Of a stretch of 64,000 nt of DNA, positions 37,351 to 49,068 are shown piece after piece. The DNA lies in NCBI GenBank assembly GCA_964408735.1, contig CAYPAX010000011.1, positions 369 to 64,368 on the forward strand, written 5' to 3'. Position 1 is the first letter of the stretch, and each line of letters begins with the position of its first letter. The position numbers and the translations under genes were made by a program. The notes beneath the pieces are model-generated. The model saw only the letters and a list, made by a program, of their open reading frames with translations. It was not told where the DNA came from and did not search any database. The DNA comes from an uncultured Rhodospirillaceae bacterium. GTDB lineage: Bacteria; Pseudomonadota; Alphaproteobacteria; UBA7887.

Positions 37351-40136
37351 GCGGCAACCTCCTCCTTGGACGCGATCGTCTTGCTGATGGCGCTCATCAG
37401 GGTGTCGCGATCGAATTTGGCGACGAAATCGTCAAAGCCCACACTACGCCCCATGTCGAAGTTCTCAGGGGTTGCGTAAGCCGAAAGCGCTATCATCGGG
37501 GTGCGCTGCCATGGCCCGCGGCCTCGGCATTCCCGAGCGAATTCGAAACCGTCGGCGCCGGGCATCTCGATATCGCTGATGATGAGGTCGAATTCCTGGC
37601 CCCTGTCGCGCCTCGCCAGCGCCTCACTGACGTTCTCGGCAACCTCGACATCATAGCCTTCGATCCTGAGCAGTGGCTGCACGAGATTGCGGAAGAATTG
37701 GCTGTCATCGACGAGAAGGACACGTGGGCTAGGCTTCGTAGCGCTCTCGCTTGCCGTGGCATGGGCGCCGTACCAGTCGCCATAGGCCAAATTCAGGAAA
37801 TGCGCGATATCCAGCACCGTGTGGGTGCGGCCATCGAGCAACGCTCCGCCGATAAAGCCCGGCGTCTTGTCAGTCGCATATTCGATGTTGAGGACTTCTT
37901 CGACGATATCGTTAATCTGATCGACGACGAGGCCCATCTTGTGCTGCTCGTCGGCGAACACGAGCACCGGCTTGATGCCGGATCCACCGTAGGGGTTGGA
38001 CCCGTCTACCAAGACCAGAGGCATAAGCTCGCCGCGATACTGGATCACCGACAGCCCCGACGAAGACTCGACCTTGGCAAGGTCGACCTCTTCCAGCCGC
38101 GATATGAGGCTCAGCGGCACGGCTTTCGGCTCGTCCCCGGCGGCCTCGAACAACAGCATCGATACCGCTACGTCCTCGCCGGCAACATCCTTTTGCAACT
38201 GTTTGCCGTCCGTGTCCGCGTCTTCGCCCATTTGCATGTCGCCAACCAGGCCTGACAGCCCGTTGGGATCGAGGATCATCACGACACTGCCGTCACCAAG
38301 GATGGTATTGCCCGAGAACAAGGTGATGTTCCGCAGAATGGGCGAGGTCGGCTTGACCACGATCTCCTCTGTATCGAAGACACGGTCGACGATCACGCCG
38401 AAACGCTGCGCGCCCACATTCACGACAATGATGAACAGCTCGGAATCGGCATCGATCGGCTTGCCGTCGTCCAGGTTCAGCGCGGCGCTCAATGTGATCA
38501 GCGGCAACAGCCTGTCACGCAACCGCAACACGGGCGTTTCGTTGACCTTTTCGATCCTGTGCTCGCTGCGAGGCGAGGCCCGCACCAATTCGATAACGCT
38601 GATCTGCGGCATGGCGAACCGCTCACCACCAACTTCGACGATCAACGCCTGAACGATCGCCAGGGTGAGCGGGATCTTGATCGTGAAGGTCGAGCCGGTC
38701 CCTTCGATCGACTTCATCTCCACGGTGCCACCGATCTTTTCGATATTGGTGCGGACCACGTCCATGCCGACACCGCGACCGGAAACATTGGTCACTGCCG
38801 TTGCGGTCGAGAGCCCCGCATTGAAGATATATTGCTGGATCTGATCGTCGCTCATGGTGTCGAGCTGGGATTCGGTCGCTAAGCCATTTTCCAATACTTT
38901 GGCGCGTACCCTCTCGACCGAAACGCCGTTACCGTCGTCCTTGATCTGAATGATGATCTGTCCGCCCTCGTGGAAGGCACGAAGGGTGACAACACCGGTT
39001 TCCGGTTTGCCGGCCGCTACCCTGTCTGCTGGGCTTTCGAGGCCGTGGTCGGCCGAATTGCGTACCATATGCGTGAGCGGATCCTTGATCAGCTCAAGCA
39101 CTTGGCGATCAAGCTCGGTATCGGCGCCGACCATCTTAAGCTCGATCTTCTTGTCTAGCTCGAGAGCAAGGTCGCGCACGATCCGCGGCAGCTTCGCCCA
39201 GGCATTGCCAATGGGCTGCATCCGCGTCTTCATGACGCTTTCCTGAAGCTCGGTAGTGATGTGGTTGAGGCGCTGCAGAGGTGCAGCGAACTCGCTGTCC
39301 TCCATATGGCGGACCATCTGCAGCAATTGATTGCGCGACAGCACGAGCTCGCTGACCGAGGTCATCAAGTCTTCCAGCAGCCCGACATGGACGCGGATGG
39401 TCTGGTTGGCGACGCCTCCGTCCTTGGCGCCTTGCTTGTCACCATCGCCGCCGGCACGCTTGGCCGGCGTCTTTGCCGCCGGCTTCTTTTCCGCCGCAGC
39501 CGGCGCGGGCTCAGGTGGCGGCGCCGGTTCGGGTGCGACCGCTTCAGCCTCTTGCCCGGTTTGCCCGGCAGGGACCGGCACAAAACCGTGCTCGTCTTCT
39601 TCCGCAGCCGGCTCCGGTGCCACATCCACGCCTGTCTGATCGGCGGGCACGGGAACGAAGCCGAACTCATCCGGTTCGTTGGCAGCAGGTGCGGGCTCCG
39701 GCTCGGGCTCGGGCTCGGGCTCTGGCGCAGCACTCTCGGCATCGCTCATCGAGGTGCCGCCACTGTCAGCAAAAGCGTTCAGCCGCTTTATCAGCTCGGC
39801 ATCGTTGCCTTCGGGCTCGGCCTCCGTGTCTTCCAGGATCGCCAAAAGCTCCTTGATCTGGTCAAGGCATTCCAGGATCAGCGTCACCCCATCTTCGTTG
39901 ACGGTTATCTCGCCGTCCCTGAACTTGCCGAGGATGTTTTCGCCGGCATGGGCAACCGACTCAAGCCTGGGCAACCCCAGAAAGCCGCAGGTGCCCTTAA
40001 TCGTGTGCACCAGCCGGAATATGTTGCCAAGCAGTCCAGGATCATTGGGATCCTGCTCCAGCTTCACCAGCTCCATGTCGAGCTGATCCAAGCTTTCTCC
40101 AGTCTCTGTGAGAAATTCGACTAGCAGATCATCCAT
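37347..40136 (-). CDS. cheA: Chemotaxis kinase CheA with two CheW-like domains and a C-terminal REC
   Basis: Hpt [28 protein letters not shown], terminal REC (VDD, SDIEMP). Confidence 0.95.
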   Translation of the reverse strand: MDDLLVEFLTETGESLDQLDMELVKLEQDPNDPGLLGNIFRLVHTIKGTCGFLGLPRLESVAHAGENILGKFRDGEITVNEDGVTLILECLDQIKELLAILEDTEAEPEGNDAELIKRLNAFADSGGTSMSDAESAAPEPEPEPEPEPAPAANEPDEFGFVPVPADQTGVDVAPEPAAEEDEHGFVPVPAGQTGQEAEAVAPEPAPPPEPAPAAAEKKPAAKTPAKRAGGDGDKQGAKDGGVANQTIRVHVGLLEDLMTSVSELVLSRNQLLQMVRHMEDSEFAAPLQRLNHITTELQESVMKTRMQPIGNAWAKLPRIVRDLALELDKKIELKMVGADTELDRQVLELIKDPLTHMVRNSADHGLESPADRVAAGKPETGVVTLRAFHEGGQIIIQIKDDGNGVSVERVRAKVLENGLATESQLDTMSDDQIQQYIFNAGLSTATAVTNVSGRGVGMDVVRTNIEKIGGTVEMKSIEGTGSTFTIKIPLTLAIVQALIVEVGGERFAMPQISVIELVRASPRSEHRIEKVNETPVLRLRDRLLPLITLSAALNLDDGKPIDADSELFIIVVNVGAQRFGVIVDRVFDTEEIVVKPTSPILRNITLFSGNTILGDGSVVMILDPNGLSGLVGDMQMGEDADTDGKQLQKDVAGEDVAVSMLLFEAAGDEPKAVPLSLISRLEEVDLAKVESSSGLSVIQYRGELMPLVLVDGSNPYGGSGIKPVLVFADEQHKMGLVVDQINDIVEEVLNIEYATDKTPGFIGGALLDGRTHTVLDIAHFLNLAYGDWYGAHATASESATKPSPRVLLVDDSQFFRNLVQPLLRIEGYDVEVAENVSEALARRDRGQEFDLIISDIEMPGADGFEFARECRGRGPWQRTPMIALSAYATPENFDMGRSVGFDDFVAKFDRDTLMSAISKTIASKEEVAA

Positions 40137-40373
40137 AATTTCGCTCCGCACCATCCGGCCATTTTGCCGGGCACCCTCGCTCCACAATTGCCGGGACACA
40201 CGACGAATTGTCCTCAGCCATCTTCGGCGTTCATGCTTGTATTTAGACCACGCGAGCGGGTAAGCAACAGCCAGACCGATGGGAATTCATCCGCCTGCCC
40301 GCTTGTGACGGTTTCCGTCTTGTTATATACGGTCATATATAGCCGATTGCCGGCTGGCAGGGAGACGTCAGGC

Positions 40374-41363
40374 ATGATCGATGGCTTCGGGCGTCAGGTC
40401 ACATATTTACGGATATCGGTGACCGACCGATGTGATTTCCGCTGCCTCTACTGCATGGCGGAAGACATGACGTTCCTGCCCAAGACCGAGGTTCTCAGTC
40501 TCGAGGAACTCGACCGGGTAGCCAGTGCCTTCGTGGAGCTTGGGGTGCGCAAATTGCGCCTGACAGGCGGCGAGCCACTGGTCCGCAAGAATGTCATGGG
40601 CCTGATCCGCAATCTCGGACGGCATTTGGATTCCGGCGCTCTTGACGAGCTTACGCTCACCACCAACGGCAGCCAGCTCGCGCGCTTCGCCGATGAGCTC
40701 TACGACTGCGGCATCCGGCGCATCAACGTGTCGCTCGATACGCTGGATGCGGAGAAATTTGCCGAGATCACCCGTTGGGGCCGCATCGAACAGGTCATGG
40801 AGGGCCTGGCCGCGGCGAAAGCCGCCGGACTGGCCATAAAGATCAATGCCGTCGCTCTCAAAGCCGTCAACGAGCACGAGATCGGCGACATGGTGGCCTG
40901 GTGTGGCGACGAGGGCTACGACATGACCCTCATCGAGACCATGCCACTCGGCGACATCACCTGCCAGCGCACGGACCAATACCTGCCGCTTTCCCTGGTT
41001 CGCAAACGGCTGCGAAAGACCTGGACGCTGACAGAAACCGATTATCTCTCGGGAGGGCCTGCCAGATATGTCCGCGTCGAGGAAACCGGAAGGCGCCTCG
41101 GTTTCATAACCCCGATGACCCATAATTTCTGCGAATCCTGCAATAGGGTGCGGTTGACCTGCACCGGCACCTTGTTCATGTGCCTTGGCCAGGAAGACGC
41201 CGTCGACCTACGAACGCCGTTGCGCGCCAGCGAGACCAACGGCCCGCTTATTGACGCCATCCACGAGGCCATCGACCGCAAGCCCAAGGGACACGATTTC
41301 GTCATCGACCGGCGCACAGAGCGGCCGGCATTGTCGCGCCATATGAGCCTCACGGGCGGTTAG
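40374..41363 (+). CDS. moaA: GTP 3',8-cyclase
   Basis: [23 protein letters not shown]...MCLG, C-terminal GG. Confidence 0.95.
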   Translation: MIDGFGRQVTYLRISVTDRCDFRCLYCMAEDMTFLPKTEVLSLEELDRVASAFVELGVRKLRLTGGEPLVRKNVMGLIRNLGRHLDSGALDELTLTTNGSQLARFADELYDCGIRRINVSLDTLDAEKFAEITRWGRIEQVMEGLAAAKAAGLAIKINAVALKAVNEHEIGDMVAWCGDEGYDMTLIETMPLGDITCQRTDQYLPLSLVRKRLRKTWTLTETDYLSGGPARYVRVEETGRRLGFITPMTHNFCESCNRVRLTCTGTLFMCLGQEDAVDLRTPLRASETNGPLIDAIHEAIDRKPKGHDFVIDRRTERPALSRHMSLTGG

Positions 41364-41382
41364 CCGGAGTAGGCCCCTGCCC

Positions 41383-42150
41383 TTGAGCGCCTGCAAGATC
41401 GCATTCGTCGCGACCGACAACGCCGAGGCCCAGGCGGCTTTCGACGAGCTCTCGGCCGCCTATGGAAATGTCGCCCCGGAACAGGCGGAGGTCGTTGTCG
41501 CCCTGGGCGGCGATGGCTTCATGATCGAGACGCTTCATCGCTTCATGGACCTTTCCGTGCCGATCTATGGCATGAACCGCGGCACCGTCGGCTTCCTCAT
41601 GAATGTTTATGAGACCGATGGCCTGCCCGAGCGTATCAATTTGGCTGAGCAGTCAGTGCTGAAGCCGTTGCACATGCGCGCCACGGATTCGGAAGGTCAC
41701 GTCGCCGACGCTCTTGCCATCAACGAGGTATCGCTGCTGCGGCAAAAACGCTACGCCGCGCATCTGGCCGTATCGGTGGACGGCCGAACGCGGCTTGAAG
41801 AACTTGTCTGCGATGGTGTGATCGTGGCAACGCCCGCCGGCAGCACCGCCTATAACCTGTCCGCGCACGGGCCAATCCTGCCGCTCGGCTCGCACTTGCT
41901 CGCATTGACACCGATTTGTGCCTTTCGGCCAAGGCGTTGGCACGGCGCCCTGTTACCGGAGACGGCGACCGTGGTAGTCGATATTTTGCGCGCAGACCAT
42001 CGCTCCGTCAGCGCGACCGCCGATTTTACAGAAGTCCGCGACGTCGTTAGGGTCGAGGTCAGGCAAGATCCCGACAGACAACTGCGCCTTCTGTTCGACC
42101 AGGAGCACAATTTGGAAGAGCGAATCCTGCGCGAGCAATTCGTTCCCTAG
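41383..42150 (+). CDS. nadK: NAD kinase
   Basis: [20 protein letters not shown]. Confidence 0.93.
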   Translation: MSACKIAFVATDNAEAQAAFDELSAAYGNVAPEQAEVVVALGGDGFMIETLHRFMDLSVPIYGMNRGTVGFLMNVYETDGLPERINLAEQSVLKPLHMRATDSEGHVADALAINEVSLLRQKRYAAHLAVSVDGRTRLEELVCDGVIVATPAGSTAYNLSAHGPILPLGSHLLALTPICAFRPRRWHGALLPETATVVVDILRADHRSVSATADFTEVRDVVRVEVRQDPDRQLRLLFDQEHNLEERILREQFVP

Positions 42151-42178
42151 ACGGCCTTAGACCAAGGAGACGGCAAGA

Positions 42179-42946
42179 ATGGACTTCACGACCTGCCACG
42201 CAGTGGTAACCGGCGGCGCATCGGGGCTTGGCGCTGCGACGGTAGCCCACATCGTCGCATCCGGCGGCAAGGTGACCGTGCTCGACCGCGATGGCGAGCT
42301 CGGCCCGGCCACCGCGGCAAAATTCGGCGACAGCGCCCGCTTCAGCCAGCTGGATGTGACCGACGAGCAGGGCATGGTCGATGCCATCGCGGCCTCGGTG
42401 GAGGCGTTCGGCCCGCTGAGCCTGGCCGTGGCCTGCGCCGGCATCGGCACGCCGGGACGGGTCCTCAGCCGCAAAGGGCCGCTGCCGCTCGAGACCTATG
42501 CCAATGTCATCAACGTCAACCTGATCGGCACCTTCAATACGATGAAGGCCGCCGCCGACGCGATGCAGTCGAACGAGCCCGACGAGGACGGCTCGCGCGG
42601 CGTGGTGGTCTGCACCTCGTCTGTCGCCGCCTATGAAGGCCAGGTCGGCCAGGCAGCCTATGCCTCGTCCAAGGGCGGCATCGTCGGCCTGACGATTTCC
42701 GCGGCCCGCGATCTGGCGCAGTTTGGCATCCGTGTGATGACCATCGCGCCGGGGTTGTTCCTGACACCGCTGATGGCGGGCCTGCCCGAGGACGTCCAGG
42801 CCTCGCTGGCCGCCGCGACGCCCTTTCCGCAGCGCCTCGGAACGGCCGAGGAGTTCGCCAGCCTGGTCGGCACCATCTTCGAGAACAACATGCTCAACGG
42901 CGAAACCATCCGCCTCGACGGTGCCGTGAGACTGGCCGCACGCTGA
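42179..42946 (+). CDS. Short-chain dehydrogenase (3-hydroxyacyl-CoA dehydrogenase type II-like)
   Basis: [13 protein letters not shown] (YxxxK), [13 protein letters not shown]. Confidence 0.9.
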   Translation: MDFTTCHAVVTGGASGLGAATVAHIVASGGKVTVLDRDGELGPATAAKFGDSARFSQLDVTDEQGMVDAIAASVEAFGPLSLAVACAGIGTPGRVLSRKGPLPLETYANVINVNLIGTFNTMKAAADAMQSNEPDEDGSRGVVVCTSSVAAYEGQVGQAAYASSKGGIVGLTISAARDLAQFGIRVMTIAPGLFLTPLMAGLPEDVQASLAAATPFPQRLGTAEEFASLVGTIFENNMLNGETIRLDGAVRLAAR

Positions 42947-42956
42947 GGCGAGGCCG

Positions 42957-44075
42957 TCAGGCGTAAGCCGCGAGGCGGACGGGCTGGCGTCTGGCGCCCC
43001 AATTGCCGGCGCGCTCTTCGAAGACGCCGGCGCAGGCGGCACCGCATCTCGCGCAATTCGCGTCCGGAGTGAGTTTCCAGTCGGACAGCACATACCAGTC
43101 GCGACCAATCAACATCTCGCCGCAGCCGTGGCAATAGGTGCTGTCCGCCTGCCGATCGTGCACATTGCCGACATAGGCGTAGCGCACGCCGTTCTTCATG
43201 GCGATGCGCCGCGCACGCCGCAACGTGCCAGGCGGCGTCCGCGCATGCTCGCGCATCTTCCAGTCGGGATGAAAGGCCGAAAAATGCATGGGCACGTCCG
43301 GGCCGAGCTGTTCGACGACCCATTGCGTCATGCGTTCAAGCTCGTCATTCGAGTCGTTCTCGCCCGGGATAAGCAGCGTAGTGAGCTCGAACCAGACATC
43401 CGTCTCGTGCCTCAGGTACTGCAAGGTCTCCAGGACCGGGGCCAGCGCGCCGCCGCAGATCTTGCGGTAGAATTCCTCGCTGAACGCCTTGAGATCGATA
43501 TTGGCAGCGTCGATCTGGCGGAACAGCTCGGCGCGCGGCTCGGCGCACACGTAGCCAGCGCTGACCGCGACCGTCCTGATACCCGCAGCGCGACACGCGG
43601 CTGCCGTATCGACGGCATATTCGAGAAAGATTACCGGGTCGTTGTAGGTGAAGGCGACGCTGCGACAGCCGAGCGCCCCGGCGGCACGCGCGATGGTCTG
43701 CGGCGGCGCTGCGTCGGCCAAGGTATCTATATCCCGCGACTTGCTGATGTCCCAGTTCTGACAGAACTTGCAGGTCAGGTTGCAGCCCGCCGTGCCGAAG
43801 GATAGCACGGGCGTGCCCGGCAGAAAGTGGTTGAGCGGCTTCTTCTCGATGGGATCGACGCAATAGCCGCTGGAGCGGCCGTAGGTGGTCAGCCGCATGC
43901 GATCGCCCTGGCGCGCGCGCACGAAGCACAAGCCGCGCTGACCATCGCGCAGGCGACAGAGACGCGGGCAAAGATCGCATTGGATGCGTCCGTCCTCGAG
44001 GGCGTGCCAGTAGCGGCCCTCTGTGCCGGCGCCTGGCGCCGCGCTAAGCTGGAAGACGCGATCCCCAATACCCAT
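42957..44075 (-). CDS. amrS: AmmeMemoRadiSam system radical SAM enzyme
   Basis: CDLCPRLC, DPIEKKPL.HF.PG, CNLTCKFCQNW, FTYNDP, YAYVGNV. Confidence 0.9.
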   Translation of the reverse strand: MGIGDRVFQLSAAPGAGTEGRYWHALEDGRIQCDLCPRLCRLRDGQRGLCFVRARQGDRMRLTTYGRSSGYCVDPIEKKPLNHFLPGTPVLSFGTAGCNLTCKFCQNWDISKSRDIDTLADAAPPQTIARAAGALGCRSVAFTYNDPVIFLEYAVDTAAACRAAGIRTVAVSAGYVCAEPRAELFRQIDAANIDLKAFSEEFYRKICGGALAPVLETLQYLRHETDVWFELTTLLIPGENDSNDELERMTQWVVEQLGPDVPMHFSAFHPDWKMREHARTPPGTLRRARRIAMKNGVRYAYVGNVHDRQADSTYCHGCGEMLIGRDWYVLSDWKLTPDANCARCGAACAGVFEERAGNWGARRQPVRLAAYA

Positions 44076-44131
44076 GTGTGGCACATGGGAACGGCAGCCG
44101 CCTCATGCAACGCAGCGCGGGAGGACATGAC

Positions 44132-44944
44132 ATGGCTAGCGCGGCGACCACCACGATCAGCGAACCGGCCGTGGCGGGGCTATTCTACCCCGACGATGCC
44201 GATACGCTGCGCCGAGACCTGAGCGCTTACCTCGAGCAAGCCCTTAAGACCGTGACCGCGTCCGAAGCCCTGCCGAAGGCGGTCATCGCGCCCCATGCGG
44301 GCTACGTCTATTCCGGGCCGATCGCGGCCAGCGCCTATGCGCGCCTGCTTACTACCGCAGCAGGGATCGGCCGCGTGGTGCTGCTCGGCCCCGCGCATCG
44401 ACTGGCATTCACGGGGTTGGCGTTGCCGCAGGCCGACGCCTTGCGCACGCCGCTCGGCACCGTGCCCCTCGACGCTGAGGGCGTGGCGCGGCTCGCGCGC
44501 TTGCCGCAAGTTCGCGTCTCGGCGGCAGCCCATGAGGGCGAGCACAGTCTCGAAGTGCAACTACCGTTTCTGCAAACCGTGCTGGGGCCCTTCTCGATCA
44601 TACCCCTGCTCGTCGGCAACGCCGGCGCCGGCGACGTCGCCGAGGTGCTGGAGGCCGTATGGGGCGGCGGCGAGACGCTGATCGTCGTCAGCACCGACCT
44701 CAGCCATTACCGGGACTACCGCACGGCACAGCAGAGGGATGCGGCGACTACTGCCGCCATCGAGCGCCTCGACGAGCGCGGCATCGGCCCGCATGATGCG
44801 TGCGGTTGGCTGCCGCTATCCGGCCTCTTGACCGCCGCGCGCCGGCACGGTCTCGCGGCGCGAGTGTTGGACGTACGCAATTCGGGCGATACGGCGGGTA
44901 CGCTTGAGCGCGTCGTCGGCTATGGCGCCTATGTCCTGCGCTGA
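44132..44944 (+). CDS. amrB: AmmeMemoRadiSam system protein B (MEMO1 family)
   Basis: PAVAGLFYP, PHAGYVYSG, EHSLEVQLPFLQ, STDLSHY, SGD...VVGY; GGAGG RBS. Confidence 0.9.
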   Translation: MASAATTTISEPAVAGLFYPDDADTLRRDLSAYLEQALKTVTASEALPKAVIAPHAGYVYSGPIAASAYARLLTTAAGIGRVVLLGPAHRLAFTGLALPQADALRTPLGTVPLDAEGVARLARLPQVRVSAAAHEGEHSLEVQLPFLQTVLGPFSIIPLLVGNAGAGDVAEVLEAVWGGGETLIVVSTDLSHYRDYRTAQQRDAATTAAIERLDERGIGPHDACGWLPLSGLLTAARRHGLAARVLDVRNSGDTAGTLERVVGYGAYVLR

Positions 44945-45509
44945 GCATTTGCGCGCGAAGCTGGCGCCGCACGCCACCACGCTGCACGATATCGCGCGCC
45001 AGGCCATCGCGCTCGGGCCTACCGTCCACGGCATTTCTGAGGCGCGGCGGCGCAGTTGCTCGACGGCGCTCAAGGAACCCAGAGCGAGCTTCGTAACCTT
45101 GCGTCACCGCAGCGCCCTGCGCGGCTGCGTCGGGTCGGCCGACGCGATCAGACAGCTAGCCGACGATGTCGCCTGCAATGCCGTCCGTGCCGCATATTGC
45201 GATACGCGGTTTCAACCGCTCGCGCCGTCCGAGTTCGCCGAGTTGCGCATCGAGATCGCAGTGTTGACCGCGCTCGAGCCGATCCCCTTCGCCGACGAGG
45301 CCGCGCTCACGGCAAGGCTCGTGCCGGGGCGCGACGGGCTGTGCTTGCGATGCGACGAGCGGCGCGCGCTGTTCCTGCCGCAAGTCTGGCGCAGCCTACC
45401 CGACAGCCGAGCGTTTCTCGACTGCCTCAAAGATAAGGCCGGCTTGCCGCCGCAGCCGCTGGCGCCAGTCGTTCGGGCCTATCGCTTCGAGGTCGCCGAA
45501 TTCGTCTGA
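44931..45509 (+). CDS. amrA: AmmeMemoRadiSam system protein A (AMMECR1 family)
   Basis: ASFVTL...LRGCVG, D.RF.P, ALFLPQVW, L..KAG; start uncertain. Confidence 0.85.
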   Translation: MSCAEHLRAKLAPHATTLHDIARQAIALGPTVHGISEARRRSCSTALKEPRASFVTLRHRSALRGCVGSADAIRQLADDVACNAVRAAYCDTRFQPLAPSEFAELRIEIAVLTALEPIPFADEAALTARLVPGRDGLCLRCDERRALFLPQVWRSLPDSRAFLDCLKDKAGLPPQPLAPVVRAYRFEVAEFV

Positions 45510-45516
45510 TGGAAAT

Positions 45517-45592
<76 letters not shown>

Positions 45593-45683
45593 GGCCTTGG
45601 AATGCCCCGGTTCGGGGCGAGGCGGTTATAGAGAATGCGGTCGCGGCTGTCCAGGGTTTGACGGCTCTCGACATGGCATTTCC

Positions 45684-45902
45684 TCAATATTCGTCATCGT
45701 CTTCCTCGCCCAAGCCCGGGGCGCGGCCGGGAATGGCATAATTGCCTTTGAGCCAACGCCCGAGATCCACGTCGCGACAGCGCTGAGAGCAGAATGGGTG
45801 CTGCGCGGCGGCGGCTGGTTGACCGCACACAGGGCATGGCCGCCCCCTGCCGCGGGCCCGGCCTTCGACCGTTGCGGGTTTGTGACCTGGCTTATCGCTC
45901 AT
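45684..45902 (-). CDS. yacG: DNA gyrase inhibitor
   Basis: CPVC...[15 protein letters not shown]. Confidence 0.92.
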   Translation of the reverse strand: MSDKPGHKPATVEGRARGRGRPCPVCGQPAAAAQHPFCSQRCRDVDLGRWLKGNYAIPGRAPGLGEEDDDEY

Positions 45903-47221
45903 TGGCTTATCACCTCGAACTGCTCGCGCTCGCCATTGATATTGTCTTCGATGGTCACTGCTGCGGCTACAGCGCGTTTCAATGCCTCGAAAGAGTCATG
46001 CAGCTCACCCTCGAACAGCGCCGCGACGTCAGGCGCCGCGCGCACGACCAAAGGCCGTCCGGGGCGTGTCGCTGCTTCCCGGTGAGCAGCACGCAGCACC
46101 GCCGCAGCGATCATCCGCCGGCTTGGCAGGTGCCCAAGCCCAGCGCAATGCGCGCAGGGCTCGCTCAACACGTCCGGCAGGCTGGCGCGCACGCGCTTGC
46201 GGGTCAGCTCGACGACACCGAAGCGCGATATCGGCGCGAGGTGCACGGGCAAAGGATCGGCCGCCACCGCTCCCATAAGAGCCTCGGTCACGCTCTGCCG
46301 TGCCGCGTCACTGGCCATGGCAATCAAATCGACGGCAACGAGCCCGGCGATGTTGCGCAACACGAGCTGACGCGCGATCTCCGTCACCGCTTCCAGATTC
46401 GTTGCAAGCGCAAGGTCCCCGCCTCGGCCCTCGCTGTTCTCGCCGCTATCCACATCGATGGCACAAAGCGCGCGGGTCTGCTCGATGGTCAAGCGACCGC
46501 CGGACGGCAGGCGAACCTCTGACCCTGAGAGAGCTTCAATGTCCGCTTCGATGCCATGGGCTTGAAACAGGGTCTGGGGACCGGCATGCAGTTGCGCCTC
46601 GCCGGCAAGCAGCGCCCGGTCATCGACGACCACCTCCCCGGCATCGACCAGCGCGCGCTCCGCCGCGCCAGGGCCTCGGGCGAGCAGAGCGGGCGGCTTT
46701 GCCGTCTCTGCCTCGGCTGCAAGACTCCGCCAGCGCGTGGCCAAAGCAGTAACGGTGTCCGCCGCAAACTCGCCGTCAACGACCAACCCACCGGGCACAT
46801 CCTCCATGGCCGCCTCGCCCCGCTCGGCAAGGCCACGGCGTTCAGCGCGATTGCCGGTCTGTCCTGCCACGCGCACACCGCTGGATGCGGGCTGATACGT
46901 TACGCCACCGGCGCTCAGGACCGGCTTTGCCGTAAGCCTGGCAGCTTTTTCGGCATAGGCATCCTTGACGACCTGCACGATCAACGCCTGGCCCTCGTGC
47001 AGCGGCATGTCCGCAATCGGCAGATAGCCTGGCCGCGCTAGGCCGCAGGCCACGAAAGCCGCCTCGATCTTCGGCAACACCCGGGTGACGCGGCCAAGGC
47101 GGATATCGCCTATGTGACTACGCGCCGCATCGTATTCGACCTCATAGCTTTGCAGCCGGCCATCGACGAGAACGGCTATGCGGGTCTCGCCGCCGCCACG
47201 GCTGATCAAGGTGCGGCGCAC
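45899..47221 (-). CDS. Ribonuclease E/G family protein
   Basis: S1 domain ([15 protein letters not shown]), [29 protein letters not shown]. Confidence 0.88.
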   Translation of the reverse strand: MRRTLISRGGGETRIAVLVDGRLQSYEVEYDAARSHIGDIRLGRVTRVLPKIEAAFVACGLARPGYLPIADMPLHEGQALIVQVVKDAYAEKAARLTAKPVLSAGGVTYQPASSGVRVAGQTGNRAERRGLAERGEAAMEDVPGGLVVDGEFAADTVTALATRWRSLAAEAETAKPPALLARGPGAAERALVDAGEVVVDDRALLAGEAQLHAGPQTLFQAHGIEADIEALSGSEVRLPSGGRLTIEQTRALCAIDVDSGENSEGRGGDLALATNLEAVTEIARQLVLRNIAGLVAVDLIAMASDAARQSVTEALMGAVAADPLPVHLAPISRFGVVELTRKRVRASLPDVLSEPCAHCAGLGHLPSRRMIAAAVLRAAHREAATRPGRPLVVRAAPDVAALFEGELHDSFEALKRAVAAAVTIEDNINGEREQFEVISQ

Positions 47222-47224
47222 GGC

Positions 47225-47836
47225 TCAGCCCTCGCCTGCGGGCAAACCATCGACCGGATAGCCGAGGCCCCCGAGCAGCGCGCGGGTTTCGTAGAGCGGC
47301 AGGCCGATGACGTTCGAGCTGGAGCCGTCTATGGCAATGACGAAGGCGCCGGCAAGGCCCTGAATGGCATAGCCGCCCGCCTTGCCGCGCCACTCGTCGC
47401 TGGCCAGATAGATCGCGATGTCAGCGTCGCTGAGGGATTTGAAGCGCACCCGGGTCAGCACCAGGCGCGTTGACGAGCGCCCATCGGGTGCGATGGCCGA
47501 GACGGCGGTATAGACCCGGTGGCGGCGACCGGAGAGCAGACGCAACGTGGCGCGGGCAGCATCGGTGTCGGCAGGCTTGGGCAGGATGCGCCGGCCGCAG
47601 GCGACGACCGTATCGCCGCCAAGCACAAAGGCGCCGGCATGGCGCGGCGCCACCGCCGCAGCCTTGGCCGCAGCGAGGCGACGGGCGAGGTCGCGCGGCA
47701 GCTCTTTCGCAAGCGGCGCTTCGTCGATATCGGCAGGGTCGAGCGTGTCAGGCGCAAGCCCTATCCGCGCCAGCAAATCACGGCGGCGCGGCGAGGCCGA
47801 GGCAAGCACCAGAGGCGGTGCGGCAGTCCGGCTCAC
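47225..47836 (-). CDS. maf: Maf-family nucleotide pyrophosphatase
   Basis: [33 protein letters not shown]. Confidence 0.93.
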   Translation of the reverse strand: MSRTAAPPLVLASASPRRRDLLARIGLAPDTLDPADIDEAPLAKELPRDLARRLAAAKAAAVAPRHAGAFVLGGDTVVACGRRILPKPADTDAARATLRLLSGRRHRVYTAVSAIAPDGRSSTRLVLTRVRFKSLSDADIAIYLASDEWRGKAGGYAIQGLAGAFVIAIDGSSSNVIGLPLYETRALLGGLGYPVDGLPAGEG

Positions 47837-48051
47837 TTATGGCGGAAAGTGATGCGGCCCTTGGTCAGGTCGTACGGTGTCATCTCAACCGTGACCCGGT
47901 CGCCCGCAAGCACGCGAATGCGATTCTTGCGCATGCGCCCAGAGGTATGGGCCAGGATCTCGTGGTCGTTCTCCAAGACCACGCGGAACATGGCGTTAGG
48001 AAGGATTTCCTTCACCACGCCCTGAAACTCGATCATTTCTTCTTTCGGCAT
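47833..48051 (-). CDS. infA: Translation initiation factor IF-1
   Basis: [12 protein letters not shown]...[29 protein letters not shown]. Confidence 0.97.
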   Translation of the reverse strand: MPKEEMIEFQGVVKEILPNAMFRVVLENDHEILAHTSGRMRKNRIRVLAGDRVTVEMTPYDLTKGRITFRHK

Positions 48052-48142
48052 CGATCCCCCTGGGTTCAACTGGGCCGCCTCGCGGCCGCTAGAAAATGGT
48101 CCGAGGCCGGCAATCGGTCAACCGTTGTTTCGCTCTCTCCGC

Positions 48143-48592
48143 TCATATTGGCCGGGCAGCACGCACGAAACGACCTTTCAGGCGCTCCATCAGGCCATCG
48201 CGCACCAGGCGATACGCATTCAGCCGCGTCTCCCGGTTGCCTTCCGTCAACGAAGGATCGAAGGTATTCCAGAACTCGACCTCGCAGGCCATGGTCCGCG
48301 TCAGCTCTACCGCAGCGTGCTGCGCTTCCGGCGACAGCGAGATGATGACGTCGAACGAGGTGTCCTCCAGGTCGTCGAAGGTCTTCGATTTGTGCTGCGA
48401 GACATCGATGCCGAGCTCGTCCATCACCTCGATCATGAAGCCGTCCGGGTCGCCTGCCCGCACGCCTGTGGAATCGACATAGATGGACTTGCCGAAGAGA
48501 TATTTCGTAATCGCCTCCGCCATCGGCGAACGAAGCGAATTGTTGGTGCAGCAAAACAGCACGCTGCCCGGATTTTCAGGGCCAGCCATCAA
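48143..48592 (-). CDS. Low-molecular-weight phosphatase/ArsC family protein
   Basis: CTNNSLRS P-loop (Cx5R) and DP motif. Confidence 0.88.
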   Translation of the reverse strand: MMAGPENPGSVLFCCTNNSLRSPMAEAITKYLFGKSIYVDSTGVRAGDPDGFMIEVMDELGIDVSQHKSKTFDDLEDTSFDVIISLSPEAQHAAVELTRTMACEVEFWNTFDPSLTEGNRETRLNAYRLVRDGLMERLKGRFVRAARPI

Positions 48593-49068
48593 TGACGCAG
48601 ATGCAGGACGCAGAACAGGGTGAAGAGGCGCCGCGAGGTGTCGAAATCAATATCGATCTTGCCGTCGAGGCGCTCGCGCAACAGGGTCGAGCCTTCGTCG
48701 TGCAGGCCCCGCCGGCCCATATCCAAGGCCTCGATACGCGACGGCGCGGCGTTCCTGATGGCATCGAAATAGCTCTCGCAGACCGTAAAATAGTCGCGCA
48801 CGATGCGGCGCAAGGATGTCGTCGCCAGACCGATCGTGACCAGCTCGGCCTCGTCGTCGGCTGCGCGTATCTCGAAGATCAGGCGGCTTTCCTGGATCGA
48901 CAGGTGCAAGGCATAAGGGCCGGCCGGCACACCGATCGGCGAGAAGCTGTTGGCTTCGAGCAAGTCGAATATCGCCACCTCGCGCTCGTGGTCGATCTCT
49001 GGATTCCAGCGTACGACGCTGCCCTCGTCGAGGGTGACGGCGACCAGGCGTTGGCTGTCCTCGCTCAC
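48589..49068 (-). CDS. UPF0262 family protein
   Basis: [39 protein letters not shown]. Confidence 0.9.
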   Translation of the reverse strand: MSEDSQRLVAVTLDEGSVVRWNPEIDHEREVAIFDLLEANSFSPIGVPAGPYALHLSIQESRLIFEIRAADDEAELVTIGLATTSLRRIVRDYFTVCESYFDAIRNAAPSRIEALDMGRRGLHDEGSTLLRERLDGKIDIDFDTSRRLFTLFCVLHLRH

